This document shows, one piece after another, positions 55,600-64,000 of a stretch of DNA of 64,000 nucleotides. Within the stretch, counting starts at the first letter, position 1. Every line of letters begins with the position of its first letter. The notes under the pieces are model-generated. The model was not told where the DNA came from. It saw nothing but the letters and a program-made list of their open reading frames with translations, and ran no database searches. The translations under genes were made by a program, and so were the position numbers. Source of the DNA: Flavobacterium sp. (GTDB taxonomy: Bacteria; Bacteroidota; Bacteroidia; Flavobacteriales; Flavobacteriaceae); NCBI RefSeq assembly GCF_046155325.1, contig NZ_JBJXDQ010000003.1:4804-68803 (forward strand), written 5' to 3'.

Positions 55600-56943
55600 T
55601 TAATAATCACTATCAACGTCAAATGCCTCAAGATATTCAGCAACCCTTTTTACAAAACTTCCTCCAAGTGCGCCATCAATAATGCGATGGTCATAAGTAT
55701 GTGTCAAGAACATTTTTTGGCGAATCCCTATAAAATCACCTTCGGGTGTTTCGATAACTGCGGGAACTTTTCTAATAGCACCTAAAGCCAAAATACCTAC
55801 TTGCGGTTGGTTAATAATTGGCGTTCCGAAAATACTGCCAAAACTACCCACATTAGTCACGGTATAAGTTCCGCCCTGTGTGTCATCTGGTTTTAATTTT
55901 CCTGTTTTAGCTCGGTTACCCAAATCATTAACTGCTTTTGCCATTCCAACTAAATTCAATTGATCTGCATTTTTTATTATAGGAACAATAAGATTACCAT
56001 TTGGTAAAGCGGCTGCCATCCCTAAATTGATGTTCTTCTTTTTGATGATGTAATCGCCATCAATAGAAATATTCATCATCGGATAATCTTTCAATGCTTT
56101 GGCAACAGCCTCCATAAAAATGGGTGTAAAAGTCAGTTTTTCACCTTCTCTCTTTTCAAAAGCATTTTTCACTTTATCTCTCCATTTTACAATATTGGTT
56201 ACATCAACTTCTATAAATGAACTTACATGTGCCGAGGTTTGTAAGGAAGTAGTCATGTATCCAGAAATGAGCTTTCGCATACGATCCATCTCCATGATTT
56301 CGTCGCTGCCGTTTAAAGAGGAAGTTGTCGGTTGTGAGTTATAAGTTATGGGTTGAGGTTGAGAAACTGATTTAGGCAGTTGAACTGAATTATTACTTGC
56401 TACTTCCAACTTTGCTTCGCCAGTTCGCTTTTCAAGCTCGTGTCTACTTCCAACAAATTTCAAAATATCTTCTTTAGTTACCCTACCATCTTTTCCAGTA
56501 CCAGGAATTTCTTCTAATTCCGAAAGTGTAATTCCTTCTTCTTTGGCTATGTTTTTTACCAAAGGAGAAAAGAATTTTTCTGAATCTGAAAAATTAGAAA
56601 TTGAAGCTACAATTTCTTTAGCCACAGCAATACTACTTTCGATAATTGGAATTTCTACAGGTTCAGCAACTTCATGCTTATTACTTTTAACAACATCAAC
56701 TTCGGCAGTTTCGATAATGGCGAAAGTTTGACCCACTTTAATTATAGCGTCTTTTGCAAATAATTGTTCAACTAAAACACCCGAAATCTCGCTAGGAACT
56801 TCACTATCAACTTTATCAGTAGCAATTTCAACAACAGCATCATCAACTTCAATAGTTTCACCAACCTGTTTCAACCAATTTGTAATGGTTGCTTCAGCAA
56901 TACTTTCTCCCATTGTAGGAAGTTTTAATTCATATCTCGCCAT
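55600..56943 (-). CDS. 2-oxoacid dehydrogenase E2 (dihydrolipoamide acyltransferase)
   Basis: Lipoyl TDKV, E3-binding GTGKDGRVTKED, catalytic DHRIIDG. Confidence 0.93.
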   Translation of the reverse strand: MARYELKLPTMGESIAEATITNWLKQVGETIEVDDAVVEIATDKVDSEVPSEISGVLVEQLFAKDAIIKVGQTFAIIETAEVDVVKSNKHEVAEPVEIPIIESSIAVAKEIVASISNFSDSEKFFSPLVKNIAKEEGITLSELEEIPGTGKDGRVTKEDILKFVGSRHELEKRTGEAKLEVASNNSVQLPKSVSQPQPITYNSQPTTSSLNGSDEIMEMDRMRKLISGYMTTSLQTSAHVSSFIEVDVTNIVKWRDKVKNAFEKREGEKLTFTPIFMEAVAKALKDYPMMNISIDGDYIIKKKNINLGMAAALPNGNLIVPIIKNADQLNLVGMAKAVNDLGNRAKTGKLKPDDTQGGTYTVTNVGSFGSIFGTPIINQPQVGILALGAIRKVPAVIETPEGDFIGIRQKMFLTHTYDHRIIDGALGGSFVKRVAEYLEAFDVDSDY

Positions 56944-57040
56944 AGTATTTCCTATAGAATAATGGTTTTATTGGGACAAAATTAGTGATTAATTTTAGTT
57001 TTAAACACGAATTATTCAAATTTACCTAAATTCAAAATTC

Positions 57041-58192
57041 TTAAATTTTGAGAATTTCGCCACGATCAAAAGAACTATTACTTCCAATGATAAAATCTGA
57101 AGTTTTTGAAGCTATTTTAAAGGTAAATTTTTTATTTTTATTCGATTCAAAATTAGCAATAATAGCCTTATAATCAATATATTTAGCGTCGAATATTACT
57201 TCTGTAGCCACTGACATTTTAATTTCATCAATAGATTTTTTGAGTGCTACTTCCTGATATAATTTTGCTTCAATTCTACTTTTAAGAACTTTATTATTTG
57301 AAATCAACAAATACTTTAGCGGTTTTGTTTGCAACTTAGTTTTTCCTTGAAACATTTTAAAAAACGAAAAAAATAGTATTCCAATTTTCATAAAGACTGA
57401 AAACAAAAAGGATCCCGAAGCGTCGGGAGTAAAATGCTTTTTATAGAAAAAATTCATCGCTTCACTAAAACGTTTCATATAAGCGCCATCTTTAATTGTG
57501 CTTTCACCTTTGTAGTGAATTATAGTTGTTTCAGGATAATAATAATTTGATTTTTCTTTTTTTAAAGCCATGTATGACAAATCAATATCGTCTGAATACA
57601 TAAAACAGTTTTCATCAAAACCTCCAATTTCAATATAAAAATCGCGTCTCATAACCATAAAAGCACCTACTAAAATAGCCGCTTTTCCAGTTGTGTTTTC
57701 AGAAAGATCTTGAGCATAATACTGATTAAATAAACTTGCTTTAGGAAATATTTTATAAAGACCGAAAATTTTCGTAAAAGCTACCCAGGGTGTTGGAATA
57801 CCGCGTTTACTTTCTGGAAGAAAATTTCCCGTTCCGTCAATAAGTTTTACCCCAACTATACCTAAATCTGATTGTTTTTTGGCGAAAGCCAATACCTTAA
57901 TAAAGGTATCTTCAGCAACAACTGTATCAGGATTTAATATACAAATAAATTCACCTTTTGCTTTTGAAACCCCAATGTTATTCCCTTTTGGAAAACCTAG
58001 ATTTTCTTTGTTTTCAATCAGAAAAACTTTAGGAAAAAGATGCTTAATCATGGCACAACTGCCATCTTGTGAATTATTATCGACTACAATAATTTCACCA
58101 TCTATGTTTTCCAATGCTTTTTGAACACTACAAACACATTGCTCTAGAAAATAGCGAACGTTATAATTAAGAATGATGACTGATAGTTGCAT
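57041..58192 (-). CDS. Glycosyltransferase family 2
   Basis: SVIILNYN, VVDNNSQDGS, LNPD, GGFDE..YSDDIDL. Confidence 0.92.
   Translation of the reverse strand: MQLSVIILNYNVRYFLEQCVCSVQKALENIDGEIIVVDNNSQDGSCAMIKHLFPKVFLIENKENLGFPKGNNIGVSKAKGEFICILNPDTVVAEDTFIKVLAFAKKQSDLGIVGVKLIDGTGNFLPESKRGIPTPWVAFTKIFGLYKIFPKASLFNQYYAQDLSENTTGKAAILVGAFMVMRRDFYIEIGGFDENCFMYSDDIDLSYMALKKEKSNYYYPETTIIHYKGESTIKDGAYMKRFSEAMNFFYKKHFTPDASGSFLFSVFMKIGILFFSFFKMFQGKTKLQTKPLKYLLISNNKVLKSRIEAKLYQEVALKKSIDEIKMSVATEVIFDAKYIDYKAIIANFESNKNKKFTFKIASKTSDFIIGSNSSFDRGEILKI
57413..57428 (-). repeat. tcccgacgcttcggga hairpin in frame inside the GT2 gene
   Basis: Encodes (T)PDASG; 15 nt identical to 48513-48527. Confidence 0.8.
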
Positions 58193-58307
58193 TTTTCAAA
58201 GATATATTTTATGTATCAAAGATGCAAAGGTCGACAGTTCTAAAGTAGAAAAATTAAAAGATTGCTTCTTGCCTTGTAATGAATTACTTTTGCAAAAAAA
58301 TACACTT

Positions 58308-60170
58308 GTGAATTACTTATCAGTCGAAAACATATCAAAATCTTTTGGAGAGCGTATTCTTTTCGAAAACATTTCATTTGGGATTAACAAAGACCAAAAA
58401 ATTGCTTTCATTGCCAAAAATGGTTCCGGAAAAACCACTATAATGAACATTATCAATGGTTTTGATGAGCCCGATACGGGACAAGTAATTCTTAGAAAAA
58501 GTATTCGAATGTCGTTTTTGTCACAAGACAATAAGTTGCAAGACGAATTAACAATTGAAGAAAGTATTTTTGCCTCGGATAACGAGAGTTTAAAAGTAAT
58601 TGAAGCCTACGAAAAAGCACTAGAAAATCCCGAAGATGAAGAAGCGTATCAAAAAGCTTTCGACGGAATGGATCAACACAATGCTTGGGATTTTGAAACC
58701 CAATACAAGCAAATTTTGTTCAAATTGAAGTTGGAAGACTTTAAATTGAAAGTAAAAAATCTCTCAGGTGGACAAAAAAAAAGATTGTCATTAGCTATTA
58801 TTTTAATCAATCGTCCTGATTTACTAATTCTAGATGAACCTACGAATCACCTCGATTTAGAAATGATTGAATGGCTCGAAAGTTATTTTGCCAAAGAAAA
58901 TATTACTTTATTTATGGTTACTCACGACCGTTTTTTCTTAGAACGTGTTTGTAACGAAATTATCGAACTCGACAACGGAAAAATCTACCAATACAAAGGC
59001 AATTATTCTTATTATTTAGAGAAAAAAGAAGAACGAATTGCTTCTGAAAATTCGAGTGTCGACAAAGCCCAAAACTTGTTTGTCAAAGAACTCGAATGGA
59101 TGCGTCGCCAGCCCAAAGCCAGAACTTGCAAGAGCAAATCACGTCAGGATGATTTTTATGTAATCAAAGAAAAAGCCCAAAGTCGCCGTCGAGAAAACGT
59201 AGTCGAACTTGAAATTAATATGGAACGCATGGGGAGCAAGATTATTGAGCTTCACAAAGTGTCTAAAAAGTTTAAAGATCATGTTATTTTAGATAATTTC
59301 AGTTTCGATTTTCAACGAGGAGAACGCGTTGGGATTATTGGAAAAAACGGTACAGGTAAATCGACTTTTCTAAACCTAATTACAGGTACATTGCCACTCG
59401 ATAGCGGAAAAGTAATTAAAGGAGACACCATAAAAGTGGGCTATTATACCCAAAGCGGTATCAACCCAAAACCGGGTCAAAAAGTAATAGATATTATCAA
59501 AGAATATGGCGAATACATTCCGCTAACGAAAGGGAAAATCATTTCGGCTGGGCAATTATTGGAACGATTTTTATTCGACAGAAAAAAACAACACGATTTC
59601 GTAGAAAAACTCAGTGGTGGCGAACTAAAACGCCTTTATTTATGTACTGTTTTAATTCAGAATCCTAATTTTTTGATTTTGGATGAACCTACTAATGATT
59701 TAGATATTGTAACCTTAAATGTACTCGAAAGTTTTTTATTAGATTATCCAGGTTGTTTACTGGTAGTTTCGCATGACCGTTATTTTATGGATAAAATTGT
59801 CGATAACTTATTTGTTTTTAGAGGGCAAGGCGAAGTTGAAAATTTTCCGGGCAATTACTCCGATTTTAGAGCGTATGAAGATTCGGTTGAACCCAAAAAA
59901 CTAGATTCGGTAAATACCGAAAAAGTCGATTGGAAACAAAACAACCCAACTGGGAATTTGACTTTCAACGAGCAAAAAGAATTTCAAAAAATCGAACGAG
60001 AAATCAAAGATTTGGAGTTTGAAAAAGCCAAAATAGAGCAATTATTTTCGGATGGAAAAGTTGCCGAAAATGAGGTTTTGGCTAAAGCCAAAGAGCTAGA
60101 AATTATCATTTCTAAAATTGAAGCCAAAGAGGAACGCTGGTTTGAGCTGAGTGCGAAGATTGAGGGGTAA
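58308..60170 (+). CDS. ABC-F family ATP-binding protein (Uup-like)
   Basis: Two NBDs (AKNGSGKT, GKNGTGKS; LSGGQKKR, LSGGELKR), no TM, coiled-coil tail; GTG start at 58308 inferred. Confidence 0.92.
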   Translation: MNYLSVENISKSFGERILFENISFGINKDQKIAFIAKNGSGKTTIMNIINGFDEPDTGQVILRKSIRMSFLSQDNKLQDELTIEESIFASDNESLKVIEAYEKALENPEDEEAYQKAFDGMDQHNAWDFETQYKQILFKLKLEDFKLKVKNLSGGQKKRLSLAIILINRPDLLILDEPTNHLDLEMIEWLESYFAKENITLFMVTHDRFFLERVCNEIIELDNGKIYQYKGNYSYYLEKKEERIASENSSVDKAQNLFVKELEWMRRQPKARTCKSKSRQDDFYVIKEKAQSRRRENVVELEINMERMGSKIIELHKVSKKFKDHVILDNFSFDFQRGERVGIIGKNGTGKSTFLNLITGTLPLDSGKVIKGDTIKVGYYTQSGINPKPGQKVIDIIKEYGEYIPLTKGKIISAGQLLERFLFDRKKQHDFVEKLSGGELKRLYLCTVLIQNPNFLILDEPTNDLDIVTLNVLESFLLDYPGCLLVVSHDRYFMDKIVDNLFVFRGQGEVENFPGNYSDFRAYEDSVEPKKLDSVNTEKVDWKQNNPTGNLTFNEQKEFQKIEREIKDLEFEKAKIEQLFSDGKVAENEVLAKAKELEIIISKIEAKEERWFELSAKIEG

Positions 60171-60336
60171 AATTTTCTATTTGTCTTTGCACTGAAATAC
60201 TTTCACGAAGTTGTATCTTTAAACAAAAAAAAACTTTTGATACTATCAAATGATACTATCAGTGAAGTAACCCAACTCTTAGAAGTATAAAAAAGTGCTA
60301 ACCGCAAAACAGAGTCGTGAACTACTCCGCAAAACT

Positions 60337-60690
60337 TTAATTAAAATCAACAAACTCAAAATCATTCATAGAAAAATCTAACACTTCCGATTTTGTGGCG
60401 TATTGCATAATTTCATTTATTCCTTTTTCGAGTAATAATGGTGTGGTATATTTTCGGCTGGTGGAAGTTAGTTCATCATTCAACATCATTTTGAAAAAAT
60501 ATTTTCCGTTTGCGGCTCTAGACTTAACATAAGTATATTTTTCGATGTTTGTCTTTATTTTTTCGATACTCTCCTCAGCCTCCATTTTGAGTTCGAAAGA
60601 AGGGCTAGTAAAAATAGTCTTTCCTTTTCGGGACGTGAATACAAATTTGTAGCGATCATCAAATCGTTTACTGATAACGAATGTTCCCAT
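60337..60690 (-). CDS. YegP/DUF1508 family protein
   Basis: YKFVFTSRKGKTIFTS..NGKYFF..SRKY..GI. Confidence 0.75.
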   Translation of the reverse strand: MGTFVISKRFDDRYKFVFTSRKGKTIFTSPSFELKMEAEESIEKIKTNIEKYTYVKSRAANGKYFFKMMLNDELTSTSRKYTTPLLLEKGINEIMQYATKSEVLDFSMNDFEFVDFN

Positions 60691-60708
60691 AGTTTAAATA
60701 TAAAAATT

Positions 60709-61065
60709 CTATTCGTTCATTTCGTCATAACGCACCGGAACTTGTGGGTCGTAGAGCGGACATTTGAATTCTTCTAAAGTATCAGCGAGAAGATTCATCG
60801 TTTTACCTTCGGTGCCGTAGCAATCAATTTGTATGCTTTGAGGGGTTGTTTTAATATGAAACCCCCCTTTACCACTGGTGTTTTTCCAACTACTTTCATC
60901 TACTTTTTCCCAATTGGCGAACACCGAATTTATTCGGTTTAGTATCACTTGAACAGGAAGCGTTTCCAGACCTTCGACTTCTTGTTGTTCGACCAAAGCT
61001 TCGTAAACCAAATGATGGTTGAGATAAATTCCGTCTTGATATTGCCAAAAAAGGAGTTCGTACAT
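60709..61065 (-). CDS. Hypothetical protein
   Basis: 118-aa ORF in operon context; LYDPQ motif near the C-terminus. Confidence 0.7.
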   Translation of the reverse strand: MYELLFWQYQDGIYLNHHLVYEALVEQQEVEGLETLPVQVILNRINSVFANWEKVDESSWKNTSGKGGFHIKTTPQSIQIDCYGTEGKTMNLLADTLEEFKCPLYDPQVPVRYDEMNE

Positions 61066-61072
61066 TTAATAA

Positions 61073-61152
61073 AATTAAAAGATTGAAAAATTGAAAGATT
61101 AAATAATTCTATGATTCACCGATTAAACAATTCACCGATTAAACAAATGAAC
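61073..61152. repeat. Octamer-periodic array (10 units)
   Basis: aattaaaa gattgaaa aattgaaa gattaaat aattctat gattcacc gattaaac aattcacc gattaaac aaatgaac. Confidence 0.8.
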
Positions 61153-61157
61153 AATAT

Positions 61158-62336
61158 TTAATACTCGAAAGTTCCGTATTCGCTGCTAATAGTCAATTTC
61201 TTAACATCGGCTGCTTCTACTCGACCCACAATTTGAGCATCAACATTAAATGATTTTGAAATAGCAATAATATCCTGAGCAACAGCTTCGGGAACATAAA
61301 TTTCCATTCGATGCCCACAGTTGAATACTTGGTACATTTCTTTCCAATCCGTTTGTGACTGCTCTTGAATTAATTGGAACAATGGTGGAACTGGAAATAA
61401 ATTGTCTTTTATGATGTGTAAATTATTTATAAAATGCAGAATTTTTGTTTGTGCTCCTCCACTGCAATGCACCATTCCATGAATTTCATTAGACGAATAT
61501 TTATCTAATATTTTCTTAATGATTGGAGCATAGGTTCTGGTTGGAGAAAGCACTAATTGCCCCGCATCGATTGGGGAATTTTCGACAGCATCGGTCAATT
61601 TTACTTGACCAGAATAAATTAATTCTTCAGGAACGGCAGCATCATAACTTTCAGGATATTTGGTTGCTAAATACTTCCCGAAAACATCATGACGCGCTGA
61701 GGTTAGACCGTTGCTTCCCATACCGCCGTTATAACTTTTTTCGTAAGTGGCTTGACCAAAAGATTCTAAACCTACAATAACATCACCTGCTTTGATATTG
61801 GCATTATTAATTACTTTGGAGCGCTTCATTCGAGCTGTAACTGTCGAATCTACAATGATTGTTCTAACAATATCGCCTACATCGGCAGTTTCTCCACCAG
61901 TAGAATGAATGGTCACTCCAAAAGAATCGAGTTCCTTAATTAATTCCTCGGTTCCGTTGATGATTGCCGAAATCACTTCGGCAGTGATGAGGTTTTTATT
62001 TCTTCCAATGGTAGAAGAAAGTAAAATATTATCCGTTGCGCCCACGCACAATAAATCATCAATATTCATGATTAATGCATCTTGAGCAATCCCTTTCCAT
62101 ACTGAAATATCACCTGTTTCTTTCCAATACATATAAGCAAGAGATGATTTTGTTCCCGCTCCATCGGCATGCATAATGAGGCAATACTCGGCATCATTGG
62201 TTAAATAATCCGGAACAATTTTGCAAAAAGCTTGAGGAAATAATCCTTTGTCAATGTTTTTTATAGCGTTATGCACATCTTCTTTTGAAGCTGAAACACC
62301 TCGCTGCGCATATCTTTTACTTGAATCTGAACTCAT
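61158..62336 (-). CDS. purM: AIR synthase (Bacteroidota PurM type)
   Basis: YAQRGVS, HADGAGTKS, GGETADVGD, VHCSGG, FNCGHRME; ATG at 62336. Confidence 0.92.
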   Translation of the reverse strand: MSSDSSKRYAQRGVSASKEDVHNAIKNIDKGLFPQAFCKIVPDYLTNDAEYCLIMHADGAGTKSSLAYMYWKETGDISVWKGIAQDALIMNIDDLLCVGATDNILLSSTIGRNKNLITAEVISAIINGTEELIKELDSFGVTIHSTGGETADVGDIVRTIIVDSTVTARMKRSKVINNANIKAGDVIVGLESFGQATYEKSYNGGMGSNGLTSARHDVFGKYLATKYPESYDAAVPEELIYSGQVKLTDAVENSPIDAGQLVLSPTRTYAPIIKKILDKYSSNEIHGMVHCSGGAQTKILHFINNLHIIKDNLFPVPPLFQLIQEQSQTDWKEMYQVFNCGHRMEIYVPEAVAQDIIAISKSFNVDAQIVGRVEAADVKKLTISSEYGTFEY

Positions 62337-62680
62337 TAATTGAACTATTGTTTTACTGCATTTAAGCAGATAGATTTTTGGCAAAGATACTAATTGGAAT
62401 TTAGTTTTGGTTTTGTACGATATGAATTATTTTTAGAATTAAACAATACAGCTAATTATGTTAAAATTATTAAATTAACATATTCTTTTTATTGTCTTAA
62501 ATAGAAATTATTGTTTTTTATGTACAAAAAATATTGTATTGGAAATTTAGCGCCCTTGAAAATAAGTTATTCATAAAAATGACATCATAAAACAGATTTT
62601 AGTTATCAATATTTTACCTAAATAAACTTTTAAATTATATTTGCATACATTTAAAAATCATTAAATTAATTTATATTGTT

Positions 62681-63694
62681 ATGGCGAAAATTAAACTAGA
62701 GTACATTTGGTTAGATGGATACGAACCAACACAAAATCTAAGAAGTAAAACTAAAGTTGAAGAGCACGAAAATTTCAAAGGTACATTAGAAGAATTAGGA
62801 AACTGGTCTTTTGATGGTTCGTCTACAAGACAAGCCGAAGGAGGTTCTTCTGACTGTATGTTAGTACCTGTAGCTATCTACCCAGATCCAACACGTATCA
62901 ATGGATATTTAGTAATGACTGAGGTTATGAATGCTGATGGAACGCCACATCCTTCAAATGGCAGAGCAACTATTGATGATGATGGTGATTTCTGGTTTGG
63001 TTTTGAACAAGAATATTTCATTATGGATACTCAAACTTTATTACCTTTAGGATTCCCTATTGGAGGATATCCTGCACCTCAAGGAATGTATTATTGCTCA
63101 GTAGGTGGTAAAAACACACACGGAAGAGATTTAGTCGAAGAGCATGCAGATTTATGTATCGAAGCGGGACTTAACTTTGAAGGAATCAACCAAGAAGTGG
63201 CTTGCGGACAATGGGAATTCCAATTATTTGCCAAAGGTGCTAAAAAAGCAGGTGACGAAATCTGGATTGCGAGATACTTATTAGATCGTTTGACTGAAAA
63301 ATATGGTTATTACATCGAATACCATCCTAAACCACTAGGCGATACGGACTGGAATGGTTCAGGAATGCATGCTAACTTCTCGAACGAAATTTTAAGAACT
63401 TGTGGAGACAAAGAAGTTTACGCTAAAATTTGTGAAGCTTTCCGTCCGGTAACTGCAGAACACATTGCTGTTTATGGCGCTTACAATGACCAACGTTTGA
63501 CAGGTAAACACGAAACAGCTTCTATCAATGATTTCTCTTGGGGAGTATCAGATAGAGGATGTTCAATCCGTATACCATTAATCGCTGTTCAAAAAGGATA
63601 CAAAGGTTGGTTAGAAGATAGAAGACCAGCTTCAAACGGCGATCCATACAAAATTGCTGCAAGAATTATCAAAACTGTTAAATCAGCTGTATAA
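62681..63694 (+). CDS. Glutamine synthetase, type II-like
   Basis: EYIWLDG, WSFDGSST, GINQEVACGQWEFQ, HPKP..DWNGSGMH, RLTGKHETA, LEDRRPASN. Confidence 0.92.
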   Translation: MAKIKLEYIWLDGYEPTQNLRSKTKVEEHENFKGTLEELGNWSFDGSSTRQAEGGSSDCMLVPVAIYPDPTRINGYLVMTEVMNADGTPHPSNGRATIDDDGDFWFGFEQEYFIMDTQTLLPLGFPIGGYPAPQGMYYCSVGGKNTHGRDLVEEHADLCIEAGLNFEGINQEVACGQWEFQLFAKGAKKAGDEIWIARYLLDRLTEKYGYYIEYHPKPLGDTDWNGSGMHANFSNEILRTCGDKEVYAKICEAFRPVTAEHIAVYGAYNDQRLTGKHETASINDFSWGVSDRGCSIRIPLIAVQKGYKGWLEDRRPASNGDPYKIAARIIKTVKSAV

Positions 63695-63716
63695 TTCTAA
63701 TTCCAATAAATTATTT

Positions 63717-63750
63717 AAAAGTGCTTTCAGAAATGAAAGCACTTTTTTTA
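63717..63750 (+). terminator. Intrinsic terminator
   Basis: 13-bp stem aaaagtgctttca/tgaaagcactttt plus T run. Confidence 0.85.
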
Positions 63751-63821
63751 TATAAGTCATTTTTCTTGACTAAATTAAAATTTCAAAAAGTATCTTTGTA
63801 TCAATATAAATTTTTCCATTT

Positions 63822-64000
63822 ATGATTGTCTGGTACATATTCGTTTTCGCAATTTTAGGTTTTCTAATTCTTGATTTAGGTGTTTTTAACAAAACACCAC
63901 ATATCATTAGTACCAAAGAAGCTAGTAAATGGACAGTCTTTTTTGTCACTATTTCTTTTCTTTTTTCTGGAGTAATTTATTGGATATACAGCAATAATTA
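63822..64000 (+). CDS. TerC/Alx family membrane protein, 5' part (runs off the window)
   Basis: MIVWYIFVFAILGFLILDLGVFNKTPH..EASKWT; TATCTTTG box at 63791-63798. Confidence 0.75.
   Translation, partial: MIVWYIFVFAILGFLILDLGVFNKTPHIISTKEASKWTVFFVTISFLFSGVIYWIYSNN

Noticed and set aside
58173-58307. N-terminal extensions of ORF calls (ABC-F, and likewise typA, nusB, purM, transposase, GxxExxY, cca)
   Set aside because: The extensions overlap promoters, repeats or neighbouring genes; family similarity begins at the downstream starts reported.
61073-61152. Periodic repeats as a CRISPR array
   Set aside because: Units are 7-8 nt with no unique spacers, and there are no cas genes in the window.
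279-61780. Short alternative-frame and antisense ORFs in the track (for example 472-738, 13420-13743, 18983-19327, 31149-31916, 35958-36317)
   Set aside because: They overlap well-supported genes, lack motifs, and look like shadows of the real reading frames.

Overview
AT-rich chromosomal window from a Flavobacterium-like Bacteroidota genome (TAnnTTTG promoter boxes, A-rich leaders without Shine-Dalgarno sequences, a T9SS cargo protein). It is mostly housekeeping genes (cca, typA, rpsT, tRNA-Glu, proS, rimO, nusB, yajC, bshC, ndk, ftsY, rpmG, rpmB, purM, GSII), plus one complete IS30-family element with a 3-bp target duplication. Two things stand out. (1) An inorganic-carbon locus at about 24.5-33 kb: a CbbR-like LysR is divergent from a four-gene operon (small protein, DUF6671-like zinc protein, a second full-length Sua5, SbtA with no SbtB), followed by SulP and a beta-carbonic anhydrase. 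(2) A set of short palindromic and 7/8-mer periodic elements. They enclose two small cassette genes (a GxxExxY nuclease-like gene and a frameshifted four-helix-bundle gene) in inverted repeats, occur as gene-less copies between genes, and sit in frame inside at least three proteins (radical SAM twice, BshC, a GT2), with a looser case in an E2 linker. Also seen: a truncated DUF1569-like gene remnant and an uncharacterised envelope module (OB-fold, DUF5777, CxxCH lipoprotein, YceI). Family names come from my recognition of motifs; no database search was run.
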